A stretch of DNA of 62,727 bases, filler included, from an uncultured bacterium (GCA_964637655.1; 30 parts of 30 records of this genome joined end to end with filler, not necessarily neighbours in it), one strand, 5' to 3'. Positions 1-11,404 are shown, numbered from the whole stretch's first letter. Numbers and translations are program-made. Notes: a model not told the origin generated them from the letters alone.

Positions 1-1196
1 AGCAGCACCCGCGCCGCCCGGGCCGCCGCGGTCCCCGGGTACTCGGTGAGCAGCCGTTCGAGACGGCGTTTCGCTTCCGCCGCGTCACCGGCGCGCAGGT
101 AGGTGCGGGCGATGGCGAGCAGCGGTTTCTCCTGCGGCCAGTCACCCAGTGTCACCGTCGTGCGATAGGCCGCGCGCGCCGCCTCGTGCTCGCTCCCCGC
201 CATGAGCAGGTCGCCCAGCGCGAGCACCGCCTGCGCCCGCGCCGGATCGGTCGGCGGGAAGCGGTCGATCAGTTCCGCATAGACCTGCCGCGCCGCGCCC
301 GTATCACCCAGTCGCTCCCAGTACTGCCCGAGGTAGAGTCCGGCCTGCCCGGCGAGCGGGTCGTTCGCCTTGCGATAGAGTTTTTCCAGCCAGTCGCGTC
401 CCGCGCTGTTCTCCCCCGCGTCGAACGCGAGCGACGCCAGCGCCAGCAGCGCGCGCCCCGCCCCCTCGCTCTCCGGGTGGCGGCTGAGCACGGCCCGGTA
501 CTGTTCCTGCGCCTGTGCCGTGCGTCCCTGCTGCGCGTGCCACGCCCCGAGCGCGTAGAGCGCCTCGTCACCGTAGGCGCTGTCGCGGCTGGTGATATGT
601 TCCAGGGTGCGCACGAAGAGGTCGTCCTTGCCCTGCCGCTGGTAGGTGACCGCCAGCCAGTACCTGACCTCGTCCGCCCGTGTGCTGCGCGGATACTCGG
701 CCAGAAACTTCTTGTAGTGCCGCTCCGCCGCCGCGTAATCACCCGCCGCAAAGGCGCAGTCGCCGCGACGGAACTGCGCCTCCTCGACGTACACGGAACC
801 GGGGAGACCCTGCAGTTTTTCCCAGTAGCTGGCGGCCTCCGCCGGCTGTTCCTGCTGCTGCAGCGACCAGGCGATGCCGTAGAGCGCGTCATCGTAGAGC
901 GCATGCTGCGGGTAGAGTTCCGCGAGGCGGCGATAGGCAGCGAGCGCGTCGGCATAGAGCCCGAGGCGATAGAAACTTTCCGCCTTGAGATGCCACGCGT
1001 CAGGCGCCCGCGCGTCACCGGGATACTCGCGCAGGTAGCGGTCGACCTGCTGGATGACCGCCGGGTAATCGGCGCGGTTGTAGAGCCCGGCCGCGGTGTT
1101 GTATTCGCGTTCCGCGCGGCTCATCAGCGCCGGCGCATCCGCCGCCGCCGCGGGCAGCGCCAGCAGCAGCAGGCAGAGCAGCAGGGCGTTACGCAT
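1..1196 (-). CDS. Secreted tetratricopeptide-repeat protein (BamD/CpoB-like TPRs), 3'-truncated
   Basis: Manual translation from ATG at 1196: MRNALLLCLLLLALPAAAADAPALMSRAEREYNTAAGLYNRADYPAVIQQVDRYLREYPGDARAPDAWHLKAESFYRLG. Signal peptide plus TPR YP turns. Runs off the window, so it is absent from the ORF track. Confidence 0.8.
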   Translation of the reverse strand, partial: MRNALLLCLLLLALPAAAADAPALMSRAEREYNTAAGLYNRADYPAVIQQVDRYLREYPGDARAPDAWHLKAESFYRLGLYADALAAYRRLAELYPQHALYDDALYGIAWSLQQQEQPAEAASYWEKLQGLPGSVYVEEAQFRRGDCAFAAGDYAAAERHYKKFLAEYPRSTRADEVRYWLAVTYQRQGKDDLFVRTLEHITSRDSAYGDEALYALGAWHAQQGRTAQAQEQYRAVLSRHPESEGAGRALLALASLAFDAGENSAGRDWLEKLYRKANDPLAGQAGLYLGQYWERLGDTGAARQVYAELIDRFPPTDPARAQAVLALGDLLMAGSEHEAARAAYRTTVTLGDWPQEKPLLAIARTYLRAGDAAEAKRRLERLLTEYPGTAAARAARVL

Positions 1197-2196
1197 GGTA
1201 CGGCTCCCCCGCGCGGGCGGCAGCCACCCGCGCGCGCGTCTCCGCCGCAACGTCAGCGCCCGAACGCGGCTGCCGGGCAACGCCGTCAGCCACGGCCGCG
1301 TCCGCCACCGCTGCCGCCTCGGCGGGGAAGACCCCGTCATGCAGCGGCGAGACGATGATGTTGTCCTCGCGGAGTTCCGCGTCGCTGACCTGCGCGGCGA
1401 TGGCGTGCGCCGCCGCCAGTTTCATGCTCAGCGTGACATGCCGCGCGCGCACGGAAAGCGCGCCGCGGAAGATGCCCGGGAACCCGAGCACGTTGTTGAT
1501 CTGGTTGGGATAATCGGAGCGCCCGGTGGCGACGATGCGCGCCCCGCCCGCCTGCGCCTCCTCGGGCATCACCTCGGGTACGGGATTGGCCATGGCGAAG
1601 ACAATGGCGTCTTTGTTCATGCGCGCGATTGCCGCCGTCCCGCACTGCCGCGCCACCGACAGGCCGATGAAGACGTCGGCGCCGGCGAGCGCGTCCGCGA
1701 GCGACCCGCGACAGGAGCCGAGATTCCACGGAGCAATCTCTTCCTTGTAGCGGTTCATCCCCGCGTCGCGCCCGGCATAAATGGCGCCGCGGGTATCGCA
1801 GAGCACGAGATGGCACGCCCCGGCCGCATGCAGCAGTTTGGCCGTGGCGATGGCCGCGGCCCCCGCCCCGGAAATGACTATTTTCAGTTCCCCGATTTTT
1901 TTCGGCACAATACGCAGCGCATTGAGCAGCGCCGCCAGCGTGACGACCGCGGTGCCGTGCTGATCGTCATGGAACACCGGCAGATCCGTCTCCGCATCGA
2001 GTCGCTGCTCGATGGTAAAACAGGCAGGCGCGGCAATATCCTCGAGATTGAGCCCGCCGAAACTGACCGACACCGCCTTGACAATCTCGACCAGTTTGTC
2101 CGGGTCCTTCTCCTGCAGCGAGAGGGGGAAGGCATCCACGCCGGCAAAGGTCTTGAACAGCAGGCATTTCCCCTCCATGACGGGATGCCCGGCCAG
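1189..2196 (-). CDS. NAD(P)-dependent malic enzyme, 5'-truncated
   Basis: Motifs PVMEGKCLLFK, LEDIAAP, FHDDQHGTA, SGAGAA, FAMANPVPE, TGRSDYPNQINNVLGFPGIFRG. Confidence 0.93.
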   Translation of the reverse strand: MAGHPVMEGKCLLFKTFAGVDAFPLSLQEKDPDKLVEIVKAVSVSFGGLNLEDIAAPACFTIEQRLDAETDLPVFHDDQHGTAVVTLAALLNALRIVPKKIGELKIVISGAGAAAIATAKLLHAAGACHLVLCDTRGAIYAGRDAGMNRYKEEIAPWNLGSCRGSLADALAGADVFIGLSVARQCGTAAIARMNKDAIVFAMANPVPEVMPEEAQAGGARIVATGRSDYPNQINNVLGFPGIFRGALSVRARHVTLSMKLAAAHAIAAQVSDAELREDNIIVSPLHDGVFPAEAAAVADAAVADGVARQPRSGADVAAETRARVAAARAGEPYHA

Positions 2197-2296
2197 NNNN
2201 NNNNNNNNNNNNNNNNNNNNNNNNNNNNNNNNNNNNNNNNTTAATTAATTAANNNNNNNNNNNNNNNNNNNNNNNNNNNNNNNNNNNNNNNNNNNN

Positions 2297-4374
2297 CGCC
2301 GCCACGGTTGCCAAGGCTGCGGCCTGCGCGGCTGTCTGCGCCGCGTCGTATGCCGCTGTGAGAGCGTAGCCGGTCTTGTCGCTGACCGTGGTCACGGTGC
2401 CCCCGGTAATGGTGCGCGCCACAGCTGTCCAGACCGCCGTCGCCACGTCTGCGACCAGTGTGCCGAAACCCGTCAACGTGCGTGTGCCTGCGGCCCATAC
2501 CTGCGCGGCAGTGAGTGTGCTGCGTGTGCTGATCTTCGCGTCGAGGTTATCTCCGACGAGCTTGCCCGCAGTGCCCGCGCCGTAGAGCCCCGGCAGTGCG
2601 GTACTCCACGGGTCGCCCGCGCCGGATACCGCCACGCCCATGCTGCCCGCGGCGGTGTGGTCTGCGGTTGCGGCATCCCATACTGCGTCTTCGACCTCGG
2701 CTGCGGAGAGGTCGTTCAGTGTACCCACCGCCGTCGCGGCTTCGCCTGTGAGCGCGAGCCCGCTCACATCCGCCTTGAAGTCGTTCACACCCGTTACCGC
2801 GACGCCTGCGACAGCGCCCACATCAACGGTCTCGGCAGCCGGATCGAAGTCGTTTAGCGTGCCTACTGCTGTTGCAGCTTCTCCCGTCAATGCCAGACCA
2901 GAAACATCTGCCTTGAAGTCATTGACGCCAGTAACCGCGGCGCCTGCCACCGCACCCACGTCTACAGTATCACTCGTGGGATCGAAGTCGTTCAGGCCGC
3001 CTACAGCAGCCGCAGCCGCTCCTGCCAACTCGGCCCCGTCCGTGCCACGCATATCAGTATTCGTCGTGGTTGTGTCTACTAACGTCACATGCGCTACAAC
3101 ATCGAGCGCCGGATCGAAGTCATTCAGTGTGCCGACTGCGGTAGCCGCCTCGCCTGTCGCCGCCAGACCATTCTGAATGGCCGTCACCGCCGTCGCGTTT
3201 GGAGCATCTACCAGGTCCATCTTCGCCCCTGCGGCAGCCGCCGTCTTGGCCGCGTCGTAGTCCCCGGTCAGCGTGTAGCCCGTCTTGTCGGAGTTGGTCG
3301 TGACTGTGCCGCCGGTGATAGTCCTCGCCACCGCGCCCCAGACTGCCGTCGCCACGTCTGCTACCAGGGTGCCGAACGTGCTCAGGCTGCGCGTGCCATA
3401 CTCCCACACCTGCTGCGCGGTGAGCGTGCTGCGTGTGCTGATAGCAGCATCGAGGTTCGTGCCGAGTATCTTGCCGGCAGTACCGTCGCCGTATGCGCCG
3501 GGCAGTGCCGTGCCCCACGGGTCGCCTGCTCCACCTGCTCCTGCCAGCGCGAGGCCGGTACTCCCGGCGTCGTCGTGGTCGGCGAGTGTGGCGTCCCATA
3601 CGGCGTCCTCGACGTTCGCGGCAGACAGGTCATTGAGCGTGCCGACCGCCGTCGCCGCCTCGCCGGTTGCTGCGAGGCCCGACTGTATAGCCGTCACCGC
3701 AGTGACATTCGGCGCGTCAATGAGGTCCATTTCGTCCCCGGCTTGTGCGGCAGTCTTCGCCGCGTCGTAGGCTGCCGTCAGCGTCATCGCGNNNNNNNNN
3801 NGGTGCCGATGGTTGCGCCAGGGTCGTGACTGCTGAGCGTGTTGAGCGCACTCGCGTCTATGCGCGTCGCATCGTCCACTATCGCGTCGCGTATCTGGTC
3901 GGTGGCGTCGCTGCCCTCGATGAGCGTCGCGTTGACCTGCAGCTTCGTGGTGCCGCCCGCGTAGCCGGTCCCGTCGAAGAATGCCTCTGCGTTGTTCGCC
4001 GCCGTGCTGTCGCTGCTGATCTCTGCCACGTCCACCGGCAGGTAGTCCGTGCCCAGCACGAGGCTGTCATAGACCGCCGCCGGAACCACGGTGTACTCGT
4101 GCCACACTGGCAAAGCGCCAGACTCATGCACCATGATCTTCAGTATGCCAAGCGTACCTGTGTCCGTCGTGCTGAGTGGGCAGGTGTAGTAGCCGAGTTC
4201 ATCGTGCGTGCAGCTCGTGGCGTCGCCCTTCTGCGCCATATCGCCGCCGTTCTTCGACAGGCGCACGTCAGCCTGTGATATGGTCAGCCCGGTCTCGGCG
4301 GACTTGCCGTCGCCGTCGTCCAGGAACGGACCGATGAGCAGAGTGACTGCTGTTGACTGCTTGAGCACTCGCAT
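2297..4374 (-). CDS. Phage-like Ala/Thr/Asp-rich repeat protein; probably one ORF across the 10-N gap at 3792-3801; 3'-truncated
   Basis: ORFs 3784-4374 and 2249-3787 flank a scaffold gap. The N-terminus LKQSTAVTLLIGPFLDDGDGKSAETGLTISQADVRLSKNGG and the DAVWD repeats resemble uncharacterised proteins of uncultured tailed phages (from recall, not searched). Confidence 0.6.
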
Positions 4375-4581
4375 GGCTTATCTGCTCCTCAGTTGGCGGT
4401 AGTGGTGCATGATTGCTGGTTTGGCTTAAGCGCCGCCCGCGGTGTACGTGCAGTTGAACTTGGCGGCGGACGCCGCAGATGNNNNNNNNNNNNNNNNNNN
4501 NNNNNNNNNNNNNNNNNNNNNNNNNTTAATTAATTAANNNNNNNNNNNNNNNNNNNNNNNNNNNNNNNNNNNNNNNNNNNN

Positions 4582-4987
4582 GCAGCAGCACGTTCCGGCC
4601 GCGCCCGCCGCCGAAGCGCCATTCACCAAGGATGGCCGCGTTGACGTCATGGTCGCCGAACAGCGGCAGACCGGTGGCCCGGCGGATGGCGGCGCGGACA
4701 GGAAACCCGTTCCACCCCGGCAGGTTGAAACAGCCGCCGCCGATATGGCCGTCCGCCGTAAGCAGACCGGGCGTGCCAAGCCCTACCGCCGTCGCCGCGC
4801 CCGGCGATACGGCGCTCAGTTCGCGGATCAGGTCGACCAGTGCGGCCGCGATGGCCTTGCCGCCGCGCGGCGTGCGCCGGTGCGCGCGGGCGAGAATGGT
4901 GCCGCGCGCGTCGACCAGCGCGGCCGGGATGTTAGTGCCCCCCAGGTCGATGGCGATAACCATTGCCGAAGTACGTCTGCGTGCCAT
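4582..4987 (-). CDS. ROK family sugar kinase (glucokinase-like), 3'-truncated
   Basis: IAIDLGGTN, VGLGTPG, NLPGW, HDVNAAILGEWRFGGG. Confidence 0.88.
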
Positions 4988-5084
4988 GCCGCCAAGCGTA
5001 GCACCCGCACCCGCGCCTGTCAATATAGTTACATTCCCCGCGCCTCGATTTGTGCTATACTTGGCGCAGGAGGTCGTCGTCGCC

Positions 5085-6380
5085 ATGCGTATGCTCTGCC
5101 TGCTGCTGCTTTGTCTGCCCGCGGTAGTCGCTGCTGCCGACACCGCACCGTATGCGCCCGGGTTTGCCCTGCTCGAACAACAGGACTATGCCGGGGCCTA
5201 TGACTGGTTTGCCCCGCGACTGCTGGAGACGCCTGACGACCTCGACCTGCTCTACGGGTTCGGCGTCGCCTGCCTCAACACCGGGCGTCACAGCCACGCG
5301 GTGTTCGCGTTCGAGACACTGCTCGAGCGCCAGCCGGAGGCCCATCCGGTCCGTTTCGAACTTGCCCGCGCCTACCTTGCCGTGCAGCGCTACGACGACG
5401 CGCACCGCGAGCTGCAGCTGGTGCTCGACCATAACCCGCCGGCGGCGGTGCGTCAGGCGGCAACGCAGGCGCTCGCCGCGCTGGACGAAGCGCAGCGGAC
5501 AGCGGTCGCGGTCAGCGGCTCGCTCGGTCTCTACGGGTTTTCCTGCGATAATGTCAATGCCGGCATCAGCGGCAACAATGTCCTGCTCAGCGACGTGTCG
5601 TACGCCATCGATGATGCCAGCCAGCGGCGCAGCGACAACGGGCTCATCGGGCTGGGCACGGTGGCACTTACCGGGCAGCCGTGGCGCGCTGTCCCCCTGC
5701 TGCTGCGGCCCGGGGTGACCGTCTACCAGAAGTGGCATGACAGTTTCCGCGACAATGACCTGACCTACATTGCTCCCGCACTGACGGTGCTCTGGCAGGC
5801 GCACCCGCGCCTGCTCCTCTCTGTTGGCGGCGAATACCAGCATATTGATTACGACTACCGCGCCCTGTCACGCATCTGGGAGGCGGAACTGGCAGGGAAA
5901 TTCGCCGCCACGCAGCAGGTGGCATTGACCACCACGCTCACCTATACGCATACCGAACACAAAACCACCTACGGGCGCTCGGGCAACACCTATGCCGTCG
6001 GGGAAAGCGTGGAATGGGTACTGACCCCGGCGGTGACCGCGACGTTGTCCGGCGACTATGCCCGCCAGCACGCAGTGACTGACGCCTATGCCAGCCGCGC
6101 CTGGGAAGGTGAACTCGGCCTGACCGCGCAGTTGCCCTGGTCACTCACCGGCACGCTTGCCGGCGGACTCGGGCGCACGCGGTATGACGACCCGTCAACT
6201 GCTGTTGTCACCTATGACCGCAGCGACCGCGCGTGGGACATCACCTGCGGGTTGAGCCGCACCTTTGCCGGGCACTGGACCGTCTCCTACACCTTTGCGC
6301 ACGAAAAAAACAATTCCAACACTGACATCCATGATTACACAACCAATACCCACACCTTCGGCGTGGTGTTCAGCTTTTAG
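5085..6380 (+). CDS. TPR plus outer-membrane beta-barrel protein (DUF560/Slam-like)
   Basis: Signal peptide from ATG 5085, N-terminal TPRs (VRFELARAYL), alternating beta-strand C-terminal half ending in aromatic VVFSF. Confidence 0.7.
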   Translation: MRMLCLLLLCLPAVVAAADTAPYAPGFALLEQQDYAGAYDWFAPRLLETPDDLDLLYGFGVACLNTGRHSHAVFAFETLLERQPEAHPVRFELARAYLAVQRYDDAHRELQLVLDHNPPAAVRQAATQALAALDEAQRTAVAVSGSLGLYGFSCDNVNAGISGNNVLLSDVSYAIDDASQRRSDNGLIGLGTVALTGQPWRAVPLLLRPGVTVYQKWHDSFRDNDLTYIAPALTVLWQAHPRLLLSVGGEYQHIDYDYRALSRIWEAELAGKFAATQQVALTTTLTYTHTEHKTTYGRSGNTYAVGESVEWVLTPAVTATLSGDYARQHAVTDAYASRAWEGELGLTAQLPWSLTGTLAGGLGRTRYDDPSTAVVTYDRSDRAWDITCGLSRTFAGHWTVSYTFAHEKNNSNTDIHDYTTNTHTFGVVFSF

Positions 6381-6490
6381 CGTATCCTGTTTTCAGACAT
6401 GAAGCTGCGGATTGCGTAACAAAAAGAACAGCCCGCATACCATCGTTTTCTGCTACACTTATAGTGAACGCAACACCGAAGGAGGCCCCT

Positions 6491-6752
6491 ATGCGTACAC
6501 TACTCATTCTGTTCTGTCTGCTGGCCATGCCGGTCGCCGCCGTGGCGGAAACTGCCGAGCGCATCGGCACCGTCAGTGCGCTGCAGGGCGCCGCCACCGC
6601 GAAACAGGGCAACGCCGCGCCGCGCGCGCTGGCCGTGCGCGCCCCGCTCTACCGCAACGATGTCATCACCACGGCCGCCAACAGTCGCATCGGCCTGCTG
6701 TTCACCGACATGACCCTCTTCACGCTCGGGCCGGCCACCACGCGCGGCATCC
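6491..6752 (+). CDS. Secreted FecR-domain protein, 3'-truncated
   Basis: RBS GGAGG, signal peptide, then IGTVSALQGAA...LYRNDVITTAANSRIGLLFTDMTLFTLG, a FecR-domain pattern. Confidence 0.75.
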
Positions 6753-6852
6753 NNNNNNNNNNNNNNNNNNNNNNNNNNNNNNNNNNNNNNNNNNNNTTAA
6801 TTAATTAANNNNNNNNNNNNNNNNNNNNNNNNNNNNNNNNNNNNNNNNNNNN

Positions 6853-8663
6853 CGCACCTGCTGCTCCATCGTTTTCTGCGCGGTGATATCGAGCAGCAGC
6901 CCCTGCAGGAACTGCGGCTCCCCCTGCGCGTCGCGCACCAGCGTCCCCGTGTCACGCACCCAGCGGATGCTGCCGTCGCGGGCCACGACCCGGTACTCGG
7001 CGGCGAGCGTGCTGCCGTCCGGGCGCGGGCGGCGCCGCGCGGCGTCGCGGTCGTCCGGGTGCAGCGCTTCCTGCCAGATACCGGGCCGGGCGCAAAACTC
7101 CTCCGGGGTACAGCCGAGCAGCGCGCGGATCTGCGGGCTGACATAGACGGTGCGCGGCTGCTCGTCGAGGGTCGACAGGTAGGCGACCCCGGGGAGGTTC
7201 TCCACCAGTGCGCGGAACTGCGCCTCGGAGGCATTGAGCGCGAGGTGCATGCGCATGCGCGCGGTCGTGTCGTCGATGACCACCAGCAGCCGCGTGCGGC
7301 CCGCCGCCAGCAGCGGGATGACGCGCACGTCATACCATGACTCGCTGTTGTCGGCGCGGCGGAAATGCACGTCGCGGCGCAGCCGCCGCCCGTCGCGCAG
7401 TGCCCGCCGGCCGAACAGCTGCACCCGGCGCCGCAGAACGGGAGGCACCACTTCGAGCCCGCGGGCGAGCACCTCGTCGGTCGACGGGGACCCCAGCGCC
7501 TCCGCCGCGGCATCATTGGCCAGCAGGCAGCGCCCGTCAGCCCCGAAGACGATGATGCCCAGCGGCGACGCGGCGATGATCTCGCGGTTGAACATCAGCG
7601 CCTCGTGCGCCCGCGCCGCCAGTTCCTCGCGCTCGGTGATGTCACGCACCACCAGCAGGCGCACCTGCGCCCCGCCGTACGGGACGTTGGCCAGCACCCG
7701 CACCTCGAGGCGCAGACGACCGCCGTCCAGCCGCCGCCCGTCATGCACAAACACGTCCGGTTCGCCGTCCGCGCCGCCACCTGCTGCAACCGCCGCATCC
7801 TCCGCCGGCAGCACCAGTTCGTCGGGTGCGGCGGCCAGCAGCTGTTCACGCGTGCCGCCGAACAGGCGCACGCTCTGCTCGTTGCAGTCGATGATCCGGT
7901 CGTCAGCGATAACGAGAATCCCCTCGAAACTCGCCGCCGCCAGGCGCCGCGCCCGTTCCTCGCTGCGCGCCAGGTCCTGCAGCGCGCGTTCGCGCGCGAA
8001 GTTGTCCTTGAACAGGTCGCGGGCCGAATCGCGGATGCGGGCCGCCATGGCATTGAACGCCGCTGCCAGTTCCGCCAGTTCGTCGCGGCCGGCCAGCACG
8101 ACCGGCGTGTCCAGGTGCCCTTCCGCCGCGCGCGTGATGCCGTCGCGCAGCAGGCGCAGCGGGCGCATTACGCTCAACTGCATGCTGTAGGCGCCGACGG
8201 CGAGCAGCATGAGCAGCAGGGCCAGCAGTACGCTCCCGGCCAGCAGCAGCTCGTGGCGGGTACGGTTGGCCGCAGCGCGGGCCGTGCTCTGCGCCGACAG
8301 CAGCGCCCGGGTCATCGTGGCCAGGCGCTCCCGGGCCGGGGTCGCGTCCGCCCGCCCGTTGCACCATCCCGTCACTGCCGCCCCGGTCGTCAGCGCCCCG
8401 AATTCAGGGCCGTAGCCCGTCAGCGTGCCGGCCACCTGCTGCCAGGCCGCACCTGCCGCTACCGTGTCGCCGGTTTCCAGCAGCAGGCGCAGGTCGGAGA
8501 GCATCCGCACCTGCTCTCCCAGTGCCTCGTTGTGGTCCGCCTGCCATTCCAGACGTTCGCCGCCACGGTAAAGCAGTCCGCCCAGCAGCAGCAGCAGGGC
8601 GAAAGCGAGATAGAAGGTCAGGGTGATGCGGGTGGTGAGTCGAAGGCGGCTGGTGTAGGTCAC
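6853..8663 (-). CDS. Membrane sensor with HAMP and multiple PAS domains (kinase or cyclase output lost at contig end)
   Basis: GTG start overlapping the upstream TGA (8660-8663). Two TM helices, HAMP (RPLRLL...RDELAELAAAFNAM), three PAS/PAC domains (LHPDDR, RDGSIRWVRDTG). Confidence 0.85.
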
Positions 8664-9002
8664 CGCAGCCGTCGCGCCGTTGCGCCGGGTACCGCGGGGT
8701 ACGTCTCCGCGTGCAGTTCGCCCTTGTGCAGGAAGAGGCGCTGCCAGCCGCCGTGCAGCGGCTCGCGCAGGCGCAGCTGCGCGCTGCCGATGCGCACGGT
8801 AACATTGGGGTGGATGGTGGCGGCAACGATGCTCCCGCCCGGGTCGGTGACCGCCACCAGCGTTGCGGTTTCCGCCGCACTGCCCAGCACGGCCACGTGG
8901 ACGAGGCGCGACGCCGCGGTCTCGCCGCCGGCCAGGCGGCGCTCGGCGCCGTCGCACATAACCGCGCGTGCGGCGGGGAGGGTACTCTGCGGCACGGCCT
9001 GT
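8660..9002 (-). CDS. Hypothetical protein, C-terminal fragment
   Basis: Open frame whose stop overlaps the sensor start codon (GTGA). Confidence 0.45.
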
Positions 9003-9102
9003 NNNNNNNNNNNNNNNNNNNNNNNNNNNNNNNNNNNNNNNNNNNNTTAATTAATTAANNNNNNNNNNNNNNNNNNNNNNNNNNNNNNNNNNNNNNNNNN
9101 NN

Positions 9103-11241
9103 AGCGCGCTCACGGAATATACCGACACCTGGGGCGTCACCGGGCTGACGCAGTCGGTCAGCGCAGCCGGTCTCGATTTTGTTGTCACCATCGACACGCA
9201 GGGTACGCTGACCGACGGGCAGTGGTTCCGGGGCCGGCTTGAAGCCGGGGGCTTGTACCTCACCGCCGGGCTCGCCGCCCCGGCCAGCACCCAGAGCAAC
9301 AGCGACGCGCGCATCGTCAACACCGTCATCCGCAAAACGGAACTGCACCACTACGGCGTGGCAGCCGCCACGGTCTACCCGGGCGATGACAGCATTCCGG
9401 TCATGGCATTCACCATCCCCGCCAATATCAGCCGCGCCGACACGCTGACCCATATCGCCATCGACAATGCCGGCGACCTGAATGATGCCATGGTGCGGGC
9501 GGTCTACCTGCACCGCGACGGCGGCACTGCCGGCACCTACCAGCCGGCCAGCGACCCGCTCATCAGCGTGCTCACGCCGCAGGGCGGCATCTGGCGCAAC
9601 GGCTCCGCGCTGGCCGCCGCCGTCCCGGCCGGCGACTCGCTCGCCCTGCTGGTGCTCATCGACCTCTACGACACCGCCACCAGCGCCGGCGACTTCCAAG
9701 GGCGCCTGCCGGTCAACGGCTGCACCACCGCGGCCGGCCTGCACGGCCCGTCAGACGCGGCGCTCGACAACAGCGTCACGCAGCACCTTGCCTACGCCTC
9801 GCTGCGCATCTCCGAGGTGGCCCCTGCGGGCACCCCGGGAGTCGACAGCGGCTGGGTCGAGATCTACTGCGTCAGCGGTCCCTTCGACGGCAGCAATCTC
9901 TACCTGACCGACATGGAAGGCGCCCCGACCCGCCTCGCCGCGACCGCGGTCACCATTGCCACCGGCGACCTTGTCCTCGTCCACCTCAACAGCGCCACCG
10001 CGGACGAGGACGACGGCAGCGGCAAGGGGGCCAACGGCGTCTGGGACCTGTACCTCAGCGGCACGGGTGAAAACCTCAACACCGACGATGACCAGGTGGC
10101 CATCACCGCGAGCAGCACGCTCGCGGGAATGACCGAAGCCAACACCTACGACGCTGTCATCTTCACCGCCGGTGACGGCACGCTCCCCGCCGCAGAGCAG
10201 GAGCAGGCGGATTCGCTCGTCGCCCTCGGCCACTGGGGCGGCAATTTCGCTACGGGCGGGCAGGCGCATGCCGTGCTGCTCACCGGTGGCGACACCGTCA
10301 TCGCGCGCTACCCGTCCACCACCACCGACAACGACACGAAGGCCGACTGGACGGTGGCCCACCGTATCACCGCGGGCCTGAAGAACCGTTACCTCGACGC
10401 CCCCGATGCCTCGGGCGGCGGCGGCAGCGCTTCAGTCACCGTCACCCTGCGTGATGCCTCCGGGGCGGCGGTCACCGGCGACAACACCACGTACTTCTCC
10501 GCCGCGGTCACCGGCAGCGCCGCCATCACCACCGCGCAGCCGCTGCGGCTCACTGCCGGGCAGGTCTCCATCACCGTCACCGATGCGGTGGCGGAGGCGG
10601 TGACACTCTCCTTCAGCGAGACCGCCGGCAGCGGCTACTGCTTCGCCGACACCGCCGTCATCACCTTCTCCTCCGTGCCGACCTGCACGTTTGTCGTCCC
10701 GGTCGATGGCGAGACTTACAGCCGCACCATCACCTGCACCTACGTCATCTTCGGCGGGGGCACCTGCAACGTCACGGTCGAATACTCCGCCAACGGCGGC
10801 AGCTCCTGGGCGGCGGCTTCGGTCAGCGGCAGCGTCAGCGGCGTCACCGCCGACGCCAACGGCGAAACCCACACCTTCACCTGGGCAAGCGAGAGCGATA
10901 TCGGCTACACGGAGCAGAACGACATCCGCCTGCGCCTGATTCCCGCCTGCGGCGCCAGTATCGGGCCGGGCGACACCACCGGGAATTTCGGGGTCAGCAA
11001 CACCCTCCCCGCCGCGACCTTCCGCATCAACGAGGTCTACTACCAGCCGGGCGCAGGGCCGAGCAGTGTCCTCTGCGAGTGGTTCGAACTCGCCAACCTG
11101 ACGGGTGACACCGTCGACCTGGGCGGCTGGCGCATCACCGAGAACGGCGAGGGCTGGTATACCATCCCGGCCGGCTACGCGCAGGTCGGCCCGTCCGGCT
11201 ACGTGGTCATCGCCCGTGACACCACCACCAGCGGCCGGTCT
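9103..11241 (+). CDS. Large extracellular/surface protein fragment with two lamin-tail-like domains and Ig-like repeats
   Basis: Open across the whole contig. LRISEV...GWVEIY and FRINEVYY...EWFELANLTGDTVDLGGWRI are LTD signatures. VTVTLRDASG is a Big-like motif. Confidence 0.75.
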
Positions 11242-11404
11242 NNNNNNNNNNNNNNNNNNNNNNNNNNNNNNNNNNNNNNNNNNNNTTAATTAATTAANNN
11301 NNNNNNNNNNNNNNNNNNNNNNNNNNNNNNNNNNNNNNNNNCGGAGGCAGCGACCAAGCGCGGGTAAGGAGGCGCGCCGTGTCGCTGCCGTTGCCGAATG
11401 CTCT

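Noticed and set aside
186-1358. Long antisense and alternative-frame ORFs throughout (e.g. 186-1358, 7365-9050, 41159-43060, 43175-44800, 45199-46839)
   Set aside because: Shadow ORFs of high-GC coding sequence. They are Arg/Ala-rich, lack motifs and overlap well-supported genes.
2197-2296. Recurrent N44-TTAATTAATTAA-N44 motif about every 2 kb (29 copies)
   Set aside because: Artificial contig spacer with stops in all six frames. It is not a CRISPR or biological repeat, and adjacency across spacers is meaningless.
2297-3787. Diversity-generating retroelement template/variable repeat pair
   Set aside because: Differences between repeats are synonymous and not adenine-specific, and no reverse transcriptase is present in the window.
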